64,000 nt of DNA from Dehalococcoidia bacterium. GTDB lineage: Bacteria > Chloroflexota > Dehalococcoidia > Bin125. How positions within the stretch are numbered: the first letter of the stretch is position 1; every line of letters begins with the position of its first letter. The stretch is taken from the NCBI GenBank assembly GCA_963663895.2, contig CAXXRD010000002.1, forward strand, positions 160,001 through 224,000, in the 5' to 3' direction. Made by a program: the position numbers and the translations under genes. Positions 1 through 9,613 of the stretch are shown here, piece by piece. Under the pieces are notes generated by a model. The model was not told the origin of the DNA and ran no database searches. It saw only the letters and a list, made by a program, of their open reading frames with translations.

Positions 1-214
1 CCGGGCGCGGACGGATCCCTGCCAGCGACACGATCCGCCCCTCGGCCTTGCTCACAACCTTTTGCGTGACGACAAGGACGTCGCCCGCAACCAGCGGCGT
101 GCCTTGGCCGCGCAGAGCGACATCCAGTAGCGCGGCGACATCGTCGCCGGGGCGCACTTCAGGCAACCCGTGGATCGGGAAGATACGGAGTTCGGGCGGA
201 TGTGGCTGCTCCAT
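1..214 (-). CDS. cofE: Coenzyme F420-0:L-glutamate ligase, N-terminal part (runs off window start)
   Basis: Manual translation from ATG 214: [27 protein letters not shown]...[17 protein letters not shown], matching the CofE N-terminal motifs; adjacent to npdG. Confidence 0.9.
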   Translation of the reverse strand, partial: MEQPHPPELRIFPIHGLPEVRPGDDVAALLDVALRGQGTPLVAGDVLVVTQKVVSKAEGRIVSLAGIRPRP

Positions 215-237
215 CGCCGCCCTTCGCTGCAGCTGCG

Positions 238-900
238 CTAGACGCCGACCATTTGCACGGCGGCCTGGGCTTTGTAGCGCCGGTTGATCCCCAGGATCAG
301 CGCCGTGAGGCCCTCCACGAATCGCGACATGGCGAGCGGCCCCGCGTCCACGGGACGCAGGTCGGCCATCTGCTCGATCATCTGGATCACCTGCTGTTTC
401 GCAGACCCGTCGTCGCCAGTGACCAGCACGTCGCCCTCCATGGGCTGGCTGAGGTCCTGCAGCTTCTTGGCGCTGAGATTATGGAAGGCGCCGACCACGC
501 GCGCGTCCGGCAAGAGCGCCTGCGCCTGCTCGGTCGCGCTGCCTTGCGGGACATCTTCAACGGCGGGGACGCCATCTTTGAAGATCAGGGGAACCGCCGC
601 GTCGATGACCACCTTGTTGCCGATCGGTTCGCGCAGATCGCGGAGCGTCGCCTCGTGCCCATCGAACGGGACAACGATGATGACGCTGTCACAGTTCGCG
701 ACCACATCGGCGTTGACGGCCCCGGCGGCGGCGGCCGTGCCGCCGACCGCAGCAACGGCATCGCGGACCGCCGCCGCCGCCGCCGCCGCCCGCTCGGGCT
801 TCCGCGATCCGATACGCACCTCCTCGCCGGCGAGCGCGAGACGCATCGCCAAGCCCAGCCCCTCGGGCCCCGTACCGCCAATCAAGCCGATAGTCCCCAC
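238..900 (-). CDS. npdG: NADPH-dependent F420 reductase
   Basis: [11 protein letters not shown] Rossmann motif, IGSR, AFHNLSA, DAGPL; 220 aa. Confidence 0.92.
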   Translation of the reverse strand: MGTIGLIGGTGPEGLGLAMRLALAGEEVRIGSRKPERAAAAAAAVRDAVAAVGGTAAAAGAVNADVVANCDSVIIVVPFDGHEATLRDLREPIGNKVVIDAAVPLIFKDGVPAVEDVPQGSATEQAQALLPDARVVGAFHNLSAKKLQDLSQPMEGDVLVTGDDGSAKQQVIQMIEQMADLRPVDAGPLAMSRFVEGLTALILGINRRYKAQAAVQMVGV

Positions 901-1042
901 TTAACGCCTCCCCTGATGCTGTTCGTTGGATCCACCCGATCGGCCAGGCACGGTTCGTTGCCCGCCCGATCGGCCGCGTGAAACAATAGCAAGCTGCGGC
1001 GCACGCGCGAGTCATGACCACGCGCCAAGCGCTTAGGGAACC

Positions 1043-1909
1043 ATGGTTGAGGTCTCCACACCGCGCGGCCCGGCGGCGCGCGCCGGTCCTCCAGCGCATG
1101 CGCCGACAGCCCTCGCGCTGCAGCTGCGGGCAGTGAGCGTCCACTATCGCGGCGCGCCGGGTGCCGAGCTGACGGCCCTGGAGCGCGTGTCCTTGGATGT
1201 CGCGCCCGGCGAATTCCTCTCGGTGGTCGGACCGAGCGGCTGCGGCAAGACATCGCTGCTCCGCGTAGCCAGCGGTCTGCTGCCACCCGGCGAGGGCACG
1301 GTGGAGATCGCTGGCGAATCGCCAGCCGAGGCGCAGCGCGGCAAACGGTTGGGGCTCGTGTTCCAAGAGCCGGCATTGCTGCCCTGGCGCGATGTGCGAT
1401 CAAACGTGCAATTGCCGCTCGAAGTCAATCGCAGCGCAAACGTCCGCCTTCCGGTAAGCGTCGAAGACCTCTTGCACCTGGTGGGCCTGTCGGATTTCGC
1501 CGCCTACCGGCCGCATGAACTCTCCGGCGGCATGCAGCAGCGGGTCGCCCTGGCGCGTGCGCTGGTTTTCTCGCCCCAGCTTCTGCTGATGGACGAGCCG
1601 TTCGGAGCGCTGGATGAGATCACGCGGGAGCAGATGCGCTACGAACTGCTCCGGATATGGGACTCCCCCATCGCAGGCGCGCGGAAGACCATCCTCTTCG
1701 TGACGCACAGCGTCGCGGAGGCGGTGGCGCTGTCCGATCGGGTGGCGATCATGAGCCGCTCCCCGGGCCGGATCAAGGCGATCGTGCCGATCGAGTTGGC
1801 GCGCCCGCGCACTCCCGCGGAAGAGCGATCGCGCGCCTTCCTCGACCACGTGGACCGTATCCGCGCCCTTCTGCGCGACGAACTCAGCCCCGCCCAGGCA
1901 CAGCAATGA
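1043..1909 (+). CDS. NitT/TauT-family ABC transporter ATP-binding protein
   Basis: GPSGCGKT, LSGGMQQR, LLMDEPFGALD, VTHS. Confidence 0.93.
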   Translation: MVEVSTPRGPAARAGPPAHAPTALALQLRAVSVHYRGAPGAELTALERVSLDVAPGEFLSVVGPSGCGKTSLLRVASGLLPPGEGTVEIAGESPAEAQRGKRLGLVFQEPALLPWRDVRSNVQLPLEVNRSANVRLPVSVEDLLHLVGLSDFAAYRPHELSGGMQQRVALARALVFSPQLLLMDEPFGALDEITREQMRYELLRIWDSPIAGARKTILFVTHSVAEAVALSDRVAIMSRSPGRIKAIVPIELARPRTPAEERSRAFLDHVDRIRALLRDELSPAQAQQ

Positions 1910-2760
1910 GCGAGCAAGCACGGTCCCGAGCGCTGGGACTGCCAGCGACTGCGCGGGTGCTGGGACGGTTCGGCTGGAGCACCGCGGGGCGCGCGGTTCT
2001 GCCCTACGTCCTGCCCCCTTTGATCGCGGCTGTTATCGCCGGTATCGCCTGGGAGCTCTGGGTGGAGCTGACCGACGTGAGCAAGTTCGTCGTGCCGCAA
2101 CCGTCGGCAGTGGCGGAGACGCTCTTCAAGGACTTCGGCTTCTTCATCACCGAAGGGCTGCGCACGCTATGGGTGGCCGTGGGGGGACTCGCACTTGGCA
2201 CGGGCATGGCCCTAGCGCTGGCGTCGCTGATGGCGCACTCGCGATGGCTGGAGCGGGCCCTGTTGCCGATCGCGATCGGAATCAAGGTGACGCCGATCGT
2301 GGCGGTGGCGCCGCTCTTCGTGATCTGGTTCGGCTTTGGCTGGGAGCCGAAGCTTGCGATCGCGGCGATGATCACGTACTTCCCGGTGCTGATCAACGCG
2401 ATCGTGGGGCTGCGGGACGTGGACCCGTCAGCGCTCGACTTCCTGCGATCGTTGCGCGCCTCGCCCCTCGAAGTCTACCGAACGCTCCGCCTGCCCAGCG
2501 CCCTGCCCTACCTGTTCGCTGCGCTGAAGATCGCGGCAACGTTGAGCCTCATCGGTGCGGTAGTAGCCGAGTTCTTCGCCGCCGGGCAGGGAGGGCTGGG
2601 CGCGGTGATCGCGATCGAGAACCGGGAACTGCGCCTGGACCGCCTGTTCGCCGCGGTCGTTATGCTAACCGGGATTGGCGTGCTTCTGAACATGGCGATC
2701 TCGATCGTGGAGCGCCTCTGGCTCTCTTGGCATCGGACCACCCTGACCATGCCACAGTAG
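1906..2760 (+). CDS. NitT/TauT-family ABC transporter permease
   Basis: ATGA overlap with the ATPase stop; TM helices, TPIVAVAPL, LPSALPYLF, GAVVAEF. Confidence 0.9.
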   Translation: MSEQARSRALGLPATARVLGRFGWSTAGRAVLPYVLPPLIAAVIAGIAWELWVELTDVSKFVVPQPSAVAETLFKDFGFFITEGLRTLWVAVGGLALGTGMALALASLMAHSRWLERALLPIAIGIKVTPIVAVAPLFVIWFGFGWEPKLAIAAMITYFPVLINAIVGLRDVDPSALDFLRSLRASPLEVYRTLRLPSALPYLFAALKIAATLSLIGAVVAEFFAAGQGGLGAVIAIENRELRLDRLFAAVVMLTGIGVLLNMAISIVERLWLSWHRTTLTMPQ

Positions 2761-2800
2761 CTTGGAGCGCAACGATCTAGCAGGCGAAAGGGCGAGGCCC

Positions 2801-3133
2801 ATGAATGATTCCTCCGTCACAGAGGAGACCGGAGCTGGAGATTCCGACGCCGCGGTAGCGGAGGCGCGCCTCCCCACCAAGCTGCGCGGCCGCGACATCG
2901 CGCGGGTCGTGATCAAGATCACCGGCGTCGACGACCTGTTGGAGATTGAGGGCGACGACGTCGACTTGGGCACGGATCTCAAGGTGCGCTACAAGCACCG
3001 GTTGGTGGCGGAGTTCCGGCGGGAGGCCATCGACGGCTGGTGGTACAAGGACGTCGTGCTCAACCACGCCCTGCCGTTCGGCGGAGAGGGGAACGCCGAA
3101 GATGTCGGCGACGTGGAAGGCCAGAACGACTAA
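2801..3133 (+). CDS. Hypothetical acidic protein
   Basis: Genome-typical codon usage, GAGG before ATG 2801; no recognised motif. Confidence 0.6.
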   Translation: MNDSSVTEETGAGDSDAAVAEARLPTKLRGRDIARVVIKITGVDDLLEIEGDDVDLGTDLKVRYKHRLVAEFRREAIDGWWYKDVVLNHALPFGGEGNAEDVGDVEGQND

Positions 3134-3552
3134 GCCTCGACGATACGGAGGCGCGAGCGAGGCGTGTCGTAGTCGCAAGTGGCGCAACGGTAGGCGAGTG
3201 CAACGCGGTGGCCGCAGGCGGCATCGATCAAGCTGAGATCGTGGGCGGCGTGGCGCTCGCCCCAGAGCAGTAGCGCGCCCACCGCCACGCCGAGCCCGTG
3301 TCCCTTGGGCGTGAGGACGTACTCGTCGCGCGGAGGCGCCTGCGAGTAGGAGCGGCGGACGACAATACCAGCCCCCTCAAGGCGCCGCAGTCGATCCGCC
3401 AGGACGTTCGAAGCGATCCCCACCGCTGATTCGCGCAGCTCGCTGAAACGGGAGCGGCCGCGCAGCAAGTCGCGCACGATGAGCAGCGTCCAGCGATCCC
3501 CGACGAGATCGAGAGTCGCTCCAAGAGGATCGCGTTGGATGTGTCGGCGCAT
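3130..3552 (-). CDS. HxlR-family winged-helix transcriptional regulator
   Basis: LDLVGDRWTLLIVRDLL...RFSEL...LADRLRRL...EYVLTPKG. Confidence 0.88.
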   Translation of the reverse strand: MRRHIQRDPLGATLDLVGDRWTLLIVRDLLRGRSRFSELRESAVGIASNVLADRLRRLEGAGIVVRRSYSQAPPRDEYVLTPKGHGLGVAVGALLLWGERHAAHDLSLIDAACGHRVALAYRCATCDYDTPRSRLRIVEA

Positions 3553-3587
3553 CGATCGTTGCACTAACGCTTGTCCCGGCTTTCGAC

Positions 3588-3604
3588 GGTTGCATTTTAC
3601 AACC
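3588..3604. promoter_or_regulatory. Inverted repeat GGTTG-N7-CAACC, candidate HxlR operator
   Basis: ggttgcattttacaacc in the divergent gap between the HxlR gene and the substrate-binding protein gene. Confidence 0.5.
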
Positions 3605-3671
3605 TACCGGCGCGGCGCCGGACGGTACGCTCGCGACCCGGGCAGGTACTCATACCTTCAGGAAGGCCATC

Positions 3672-4694
3672 ATGGGCGCCGTGCGATTCGCCGCCGTCAT
3701 TCTCTGGTCGCTCGCCGCTGTCGCTGCGCTCTCGGCTTGCGGCGGCGATGATGAGGGAAGCGCGCAAGAGCGTCTCTCGATCGAGTTCATGGCGGGCTTC
3801 CGAGCGCAGGCCAACCTGCCTTTCGTCGCCGTGTACGTTGCGCAAGCCCAGGGATTTTTCGACGATGCCGGCCTGGATGTCACGATCCGTCACGCGACGG
3901 AGGGGGAACACATCCGCCTATTGCTCTCGGGCGACGTGGACGTGACCACGCAGCCGGCATCCGAGTTGCTGCAGCGGCGCGCCGATCCCGGGGCACCGTT
4001 GGTCGCCGTAGCGCTGTTCGGGCAGCGCGGCGATCTGGGGTACGCGGTGCTGGAAGAGAGCGGGATCGAGACGCCGCGCGACTTCGCCGGCAAGACCGTG
4101 GGCTTCAAGGTGGTGGTGCAGGCCGAGTTCCTGGCACTCTTATCAGCGTACGAGCTCAGCGTCGACGATGTGGAGCTGGTCCCGGTCGGGTTCAACCCGG
4201 TCGTGCTGACGGAGGGACAGGTCGACGTCTATCCAGTGTTCCTCTCGAACGAGCCGGACACCCTCACCCGGGTCATCGGCGCGCCAGTGCGGGTATTCGA
4301 GGCGGCCGATGTCGGCGTGCCGACGTTGGGCGTGACCTACGCAGTTTCGGAGGAGTTCCTTGAGGGCGCAACGAATCGCGAGGCGCTGCGGCGTTTCCTC
4401 GCGGCGACGATGCGCGCCTTCGAGTTCGCCCTGGCCGATCCCGACGCCGCCATTGAGGCGACGCGCGCTTTCATCCCCGAGGACGCCGACCTGGAGCACG
4501 AGCGCTTCATTCTCACTACCGAACTCGGCAATGCCCTCTCGCCGCTGACCGCAGAGAACGGGGTGGGCTGGTTCACGCTGGCGCAGTTCCAAGCGCTGCA
4601 CGATCTGCTGCTGGCGTTCGGGGGGATCGAGCAAGCGATCACGGTCGAAGAAGCGATCGATCGGTCGATCTTAGAGGAGGCCTACGGCAACTAG
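3672..4694 (+). CDS. ABC substrate-binding lipoprotein, NMT1/THI5-like
   Basis: Lipobox LSAC; YVAQAQGFFDDAGLDV and DFAGKTVG typical of the SsuA/THI5 family. Confidence 0.85.
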   Translation: MGAVRFAAVILWSLAAVAALSACGGDDEGSAQERLSIEFMAGFRAQANLPFVAVYVAQAQGFFDDAGLDVTIRHATEGEHIRLLLSGDVDVTTQPASELLQRRADPGAPLVAVALFGQRGDLGYAVLEESGIETPRDFAGKTVGFKVVVQAEFLALLSAYELSVDDVELVPVGFNPVVLTEGQVDVYPVFLSNEPDTLTRVIGAPVRVFEAADVGVPTLGVTYAVSEEFLEGATNREALRRFLAATMRAFEFALADPDAAIEATRAFIPEDADLEHERFILTTELGNALSPLTAENGVGWFTLAQFQALHDLLLAFGGIEQAITVEEAIDRSILEEAYGN

Positions 4695-4762
4695 CGCACC
4701 TCGACACGCCGACGCACCGCAGGGACCTGGGCAGTCCCGCGCGGATCGGCGGCAGTGCCGGC

Positions 4763-5278
4763 CTAGGTTGCGAGGGCCGCGGCTTCCTGCTTTTGCTGCC
4801 GCTTCTTCTGCGCAGGCGTGAGCTGGTCGTCGGGGTAGTGCTTCTTCTTGAGGAACTCCCGCTCCGGGAAGATGTGGACGGAGTCCCAGCCGCAGGCGTC
4901 TTCGCAGAGACGGCAGCCGGTGCAGTTCTTCTCGATCACAACGGCCTGGCCGAAGAAGTCGTTGGCCGCTTCGGTGAACTGCAACTCAAGGGCCTCGAAG
5001 GGACAGATGTTGATGCAGAGCTCACAGCCGCTGCCGATGCAGAGGTTGGCGTCGACTTGGGCTTTGGGCCACTCTTTCTTGGCGAACTTGCGGCAGATCT
5101 CGCCGACCTCGTCCAGGATGCACTCAACGGGACAAACGGCGCCGCAGGCACCGCAGTCGATGCAAAGCACCGGGTCGATGTAGTGGATGACGTTGCGGTC
5201 GCCATAAATGGCGTTGGTGGGGCAGCGATTCGTGCAAGCGGTGCAGCCGATGCAGGTTTCGATAATCTCGTAGGCCAC
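4763..5278 (-). CDS. Multi-cluster 4Fe-4S ferredoxin
   Basis: Four CxxCxxCxxxC-type motifs (one with an extra residue pair, CIGSGCELC); GTG start with AGGAG RBS; upstream TTGCCC-N18-TATACT. Confidence 0.88.
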   Translation of the reverse strand: MAYEIIETCIGCTACTNRCPTNAIYGDRNVIHYIDPVLCIDCGACGAVCPVECILDEVGEICRKFAKKEWPKAQVDANLCIGSGCELCINICPFEALELQFTEAANDFFGQAVVIEKNCTGCRLCEDACGWDSVHIFPEREFLKKKHYPDDQLTPAQKKRQQKQEAAALAT

Positions 5279-5550
5279 GAACGCACTCCTACACGGCGAG
5301 CAGCTAGGCGTTGGGAAATCGCCGCCACTCAGTATATGAGGGGCTCGTGAAGCCGGGCAATCGCGACGCGCAACGCCAAGAGAGGGATCCCAGAGACAGT
5401 CCGGCACCGCCTCGCCAGACGAGGAGGCAAGTGCCGGCAAAAGATGAACGCACTCGGGACGGCAGTGCTACGATCTACCGTAGGTGCATAATGCGGGCGG
5501 CGGCACATCCCACTCTCCGCGCCTCAAGAGTGGGTAGAAATGCAGCCGCG

Positions 5551-6840
5551 ATGATCCCCATACCTGTACGTCCCGCTCTTACGCGAGCAGCGCTGCTACT
5601 CGCCTTGGCCACCGCCGTCGCGGTGGCGCTGGTTGCCTGCGGCGGCGGCGACGATGTCGATGACGGTGAGACCAGCGCCGCACCCGTCGACCAGACGCCG
5701 GTAGAGGAACAGGCTCCCGTCGAGCCGATATCTGTGGAGCCGGTGCCAGCCCCCGAGGACGAACCACCAGTCGAGGAAGAGCCCCCGGTCGAAGAAGAGC
5801 CGGTGGTGGTCCCAGACGCAGAGCGAGAGATGCTGGTCTACGGCGACTCTCTCGAGGGTGAGATCACGGTCGCCGGCGAGGAGCGTCAGTTCCGCTTCGA
5901 CGGCACCGAGAACGACCTTGTTCGGATCGTCGTGGACGGCAAGGACGGGATGGACCCGATCGTGACGCTGTTGGAGCCGAATCGCACCGAGATCGTGGTC
6001 AACGACGACCTCGGCACTTCCAATCGCGACTCCCTGATCATCGCAAGGCTGCCGACCACGGGGCTACAAGTCATCCGCGTCGGCGCATACGGGGAGTCCA
6101 TCGGACGATACGTCGTCCGGCTGGAGCTATTGCCGGAGGACGATGACGCCGACGATCGCATCTTGAGCCTCGGCGACGGATGGGCCGGGACCTTCTGGGC
6201 ACCGGGCGACACCGATACGTTCGAGTTCGCCGGCAACGCAGGCCAAACAGTGCGGGTGCGCGTTGATGGAGCGATCGGCGTCGACACGAAGATGGAGCTA
6301 TTTACGCCGGACGGGAACTTCTTAACGTCGGATGATGATTCCGGGCACGGCTTGGACGCGGAGATCGCATTGGAGTTGCCGGCGACCGGAGCCTACCGGG
6401 TGCAGGCCAGCGCGGTGGGAAACCGGATCGGCGACTACACCTTCAGCGCCGAAGAGCTGGGGGAGCCGACGCCCGGGCTCGCATCCGACCTTGAGGCGAT
6501 CGAGGCCGTGGGACTCACGTACCTCGTGGCGCTGCAAGGAGCTGACTCATTGACGATCTTTGCACTGGCGGGGCCAGAAGCGCTGGCGATCCGAGGCTGG
6601 GAGTCGCCGGAGGACGTCAGCCGCGACATCGACAAGCTGCAGTCGATCGGGCTAGCGGGGACGCAGGGAGAGATCATGTCGGTGATCGAAGGAGAGCGCG
6701 GACGCGTGGCGATCGAGCTGGATACCGGGGGAACGGAGCCAGACACGGTGCGGTTCGATCTGACCAACGTGAACGGGCAGTGGCTCGTGGACTTCGTGCA
6801 GCGCTTCTTCGTCGCCGTGGAGGACCCCGCCGCCTCCTAG
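5551..6840 (+). CDS. Acidic lipoprotein with two PPC-like beta-sandwich domains
   Basis: Lipobox LVAC, Pro/Glu-rich linker, repeated (N/S)DD...D(S/A)xI...LPxTGxY/Q motifs. Confidence 0.7.
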   Translation: MIPIPVRPALTRAALLLALATAVAVALVACGGGDDVDDGETSAAPVDQTPVEEQAPVEPISVEPVPAPEDEPPVEEEPPVEEEPVVVPDAEREMLVYGDSLEGEITVAGEERQFRFDGTENDLVRIVVDGKDGMDPIVTLLEPNRTEIVVNDDLGTSNRDSLIIARLPTTGLQVIRVGAYGESIGRYVVRLELLPEDDDADDRILSLGDGWAGTFWAPGDTDTFEFAGNAGQTVRVRVDGAIGVDTKMELFTPDGNFLTSDDDSGHGLDAEIALELPATGAYRVQASAVGNRIGDYTFSAEELGEPTPGLASDLEAIEAVGLTYLVALQGADSLTIFALAGPEALAIRGWESPEDVSRDIDKLQSIGLAGTQGEIMSVIEGERGRVAIELDTGGTEPDTVRFDLTNVNGQWLVDFVQRFFVAVEDPAAS

Positions 6841-6914
6841 ATCGTAGAGGCGGTTAAGGCGCAGGGCAGCTACGCTGCGGTCAGGTTTGTGGCGGGCCTT
6901 TAGAAACGGGCGCC

Positions 6915-7727
6915 ATGGCACGCCCTCCGGTCCCTGCTCGTCCCTCCCAACCGCTCCGTGTCATTGGACGGTGCCTCATTGCTCTGGCAGCGTTGGCTGT
7001 GGCCGCCGCCACCGGCTGGACCGCCGTCACAGCATACGGACCTAGCTCCGACGTCAACTCCGACCAAAGCCTATCTTCTCCATCGGCAGTCCAGCTGTTC
7101 GCAGGCTGGAACAACGTGCCCTATATGGGATTGACTCTGCCGCTGCCCGATGCCCTCAGCGACGTTCGCCCGCACGTGACCATCATTTGGCAATACGTCG
7201 CTGCGACACAGGAGTGGCGTGGCTGGCGAGAAGGCGTGCCCCTCAGGAGCGCACCGCTGGTCCAGCTTGAGAGGGGCAGCGCGTATTTCATGTACTCGAC
7301 CCAAGGCGGTCTCTGGACACAGCCGCTCGCGCCACCCTCCAACTCGCCCCAGCCGGGATCATTGCCGGGGGCTTGGGAAGTTGTCCTCAATCGCAGCGTG
7401 GAGACGTTTGGCCTGTCACAGAGCGTGCGCTTCGATGCAACCGGCAGCGGCGTCATGAGCCAGGCTGGCGGCGCGGAGCGCGCGTTTACCGTCGATAGCA
7501 CGGCGCTCGCCACGGTCGACCGGCTACTGCGTGATAACGACTTCTACCGCAACTGGCCGGGCTCCGCAGTGACGGGGTGCCCCGGTTGCTCCCTTTGGGA
7601 GATCACGATCCGTGACCCGAACGGCGGACAGATCGTATTGCAGGCCGACGACTTTGGCCTGAGTGGCACGCTCCGTGCACTGGTGGATCAGCTCTACGCA
7701 ATCCTGCTTGCAGCAGTGGGATGGTAG
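6915..7727 (+). CDS. Secreted hypothetical protein (LxxGWN module plus C-terminal CxxC domain)
   Basis: N-terminal hydrophobic signal; C-terminal domain loosely resembles emfourin-like protease-inhibitor folds. Confidence 0.6.
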   Translation: MARPPVPARPSQPLRVIGRCLIALAALAVAAATGWTAVTAYGPSSDVNSDQSLSSPSAVQLFAGWNNVPYMGLTLPLPDALSDVRPHVTIIWQYVAATQEWRGWREGVPLRSAPLVQLERGSAYFMYSTQGGLWTQPLAPPSNSPQPGSLPGAWEVVLNRSVETFGLSQSVRFDATGSGVMSQAGGAERAFTVDSTALATVDRLLRDNDFYRNWPGSAVTGCPGCSLWEITIRDPNGGQIVLQADDFGLSGTLRALVDQLYAILLAAVGW

Positions 7728-7771
7728 CGGGCCCGGCCAACGAGCCGGCCGTGCCGTAGTTGGTGGGTGAA

Positions 7772-9325
7772 TCACCCAGCGCGGCCGCGGCGCGTGAGAA
7801 CCGCGGCAAGGTGGGACTCGATGGCCGGCACCGCCCGCCTGGCGTCGGCCAGAGCGGTCACGACGAGGTCCGCGCCCCGCACATTATCCCCGGCGGCAAA
7901 AACGCCAGCGCGAGAAGTGCGGCCTTCGTCGTCGGTGACGAGGCGGCCCCAGTCGTCCACCTCGATCCCGCTCTCGGGCCCAAGGAATTCCTGCCCCACG
8001 TCGTAGCCGACCGCAACGACGACGGTGTCAGCTTCAAGGGCGAATGCGGAGCCTGCGATCGGAACGGGGGCGCGCCGGCCATCGTCGTCGGGCTCGCCCA
8101 GCTCCATCCGCACGCACTCCAGACCGACGACAGCGCCGTCTCGACCCAGAATCTCCACGGGCGTGGTCAAATACTCGAACCGGACACCCTCTTCCCGCGC
8201 GTGCCGCCGCTCTTCCTCACGACCGATCATCTCGGCCTCCGTGCGGCGGTAGAGCAGGGTCACCTGCCCGGCGCCGAGGCGGATGGCGGAGCGGACGCAA
8301 TCCATGGAGGTGTCGCCGCCGCCCACCACCACCACGTGATCCCGCAACTGGGGGCGGCCGCGCATGCCGGCCGGCAGCGCCGTCTCGGGGAGATTGGCCC
8401 GCACGAGAAACTCGGTGGCGGTGTAGACGTTTGTCAGATCCTCGCCCTTCTGACGCAGGCGCTTGCCCAGGCCGGCTCCGTGAGCAAGGAAGACGGCATC
8501 GTAAGTGGCCAACTCGCGCCAGGCGATGTCGACCCCTACCCGTGTGTTGCAGCGGAACTCGATCCCCGCCTGGCGTAGCGCGTCGATCTTCTCGTTCACA
8601 ATCGCCTTCGCGGCCTTGAAATTGGGAATGCCGTAGCGAAGCAGGCCGCCGGCCAGTGGCCAGGCGTCAAAGATCGTGACTGCGTGGCCGGAGGCCCTCA
8701 GCTCCTCGGCGACGGCCAGCCCGGCGGGCCCGCTGCCGACCACGGCAACGCGGGCGCCGCTCTCTTGGGCAGGACGGCGGACCGGAAAGCTGCCTCGGCG
8801 GGAGCGGTCCCAGTCGGCGACGAAGGCCTCAAGCTTGCCGATGGCCACGGGCTTGGCGTTCTTCCCCACGACACAGGATCCCTCGCAGAGGCTCTCCTGC
8901 GGGCAGAGACGGCCACAGAGCTCTGGCATGTTGCTCGTGGCACGGAAGATCGCGGCGGCCTCAGCGATGCGGCCAGCTTCGAGTTTCCAGAGAGCCCCAG
9001 GAATATCGTTATGAACCGGGCATGCCTTGATACAGGGCGCGGCGGGGCACTGGATGCAACGCTGCGCCTCAAACATGGCCGGCGCGGGCGTGTAGCCGTG
9101 GAACACTTCGTCCCAGTTATGGACCCGCTCGTAGGGGGTCTGTTTGGTGACGTGATGGGGCGGAATGCGGAGCCTCGCTTTGCGATCAATCGTCGCTAAG
9201 CGAGGGGCAGGATCGTCATTCTCCACAGGCTTCGCCGCCGAGGCAGACCGCCCCGCGCCTCGAGCAGGCTTGCGAGAGCGCTCCGTGTGAGAGCGCGGCA
9301 GACTATCGTCACTCTGCGGGGGCAT
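7772..9325 (-). CDS. GltD/NfnA(SudA)-like NAD(P)-dependent Fe-S flavoprotein
   Basis: EAQRCIQCPAAPCIKACP, CGRLCPQESLCEGSC, GSGPAG, GGGDTSMD, FAAGD; start uncertain. Confidence 0.88.
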   Translation of the reverse strand: MPPQSDDSLPRSHTERSRKPARGAGRSASAAKPVENDDPAPRLATIDRKARLRIPPHHVTKQTPYERVHNWDEVFHGYTPAPAMFEAQRCIQCPAAPCIKACPVHNDIPGALWKLEAGRIAEAAAIFRATSNMPELCGRLCPQESLCEGSCVVGKNAKPVAIGKLEAFVADWDRSRRGSFPVRRPAQESGARVAVVGSGPAGLAVAEELRASGHAVTIFDAWPLAGGLLRYGIPNFKAAKAIVNEKIDALRQAGIEFRCNTRVGVDIAWRELATYDAVFLAHGAGLGKRLRQKGEDLTNVYTATEFLVRANLPETALPAGMRGRPQLRDHVVVVGGGDTSMDCVRSAIRLGAGQVTLLYRRTEAEMIGREEERRHAREEGVRFEYLTTPVEILGRDGAVVGLECVRMELGEPDDDGRRAPVPIAGSAFALEADTVVVAVGYDVGQEFLGPESGIEVDDWGRLVTDDEGRTSRAGVFAAGDNVRGADLVVTALADARRAVPAIESHLAAVLTRRGRAG

Positions 9326-9613
9326 CGAGCCGATCAGCAAGCCCCTATCCACAGCCGACAAGCGCCGAGAGCTATTCTCCGATGCCGGATCACGGACTCG
9401 ATCCGAGCGTACACCTCCCTGATTTGTGTGCCATCGTGTACGGCAAGCACAGGCCATTCACCGGTTAAATACAATTATGTCACTAAAATTACGCAAGGAC
9501 CGCGCCGAACCTGTGCCCCTCCCATCGCTCGCGATGTAGTATGCCCGCGATCGGAATCGTTCCCAATATCTGCCATCATTAAGCATCATTCCGATCCGAT
9601 CAGGTGGGACATC

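Noticed and set aside
769-792. (GCC)n microsatellite
   Set aside because: Encodes a poly-Ala helix in NpdG, in frame
901-1042. TPP or FMN riboswitch upstream of the ABC transporter
   Set aside because: No CTGAGA/TPP core or FMN consensus; only a short direct repeat
9460-9497. Rex operator in the AT-rich patch upstream of the gltD-like gene
   Set aside because: Matches only about half of TTGTGAA-N4-TTCACAA; probably promoter DNA
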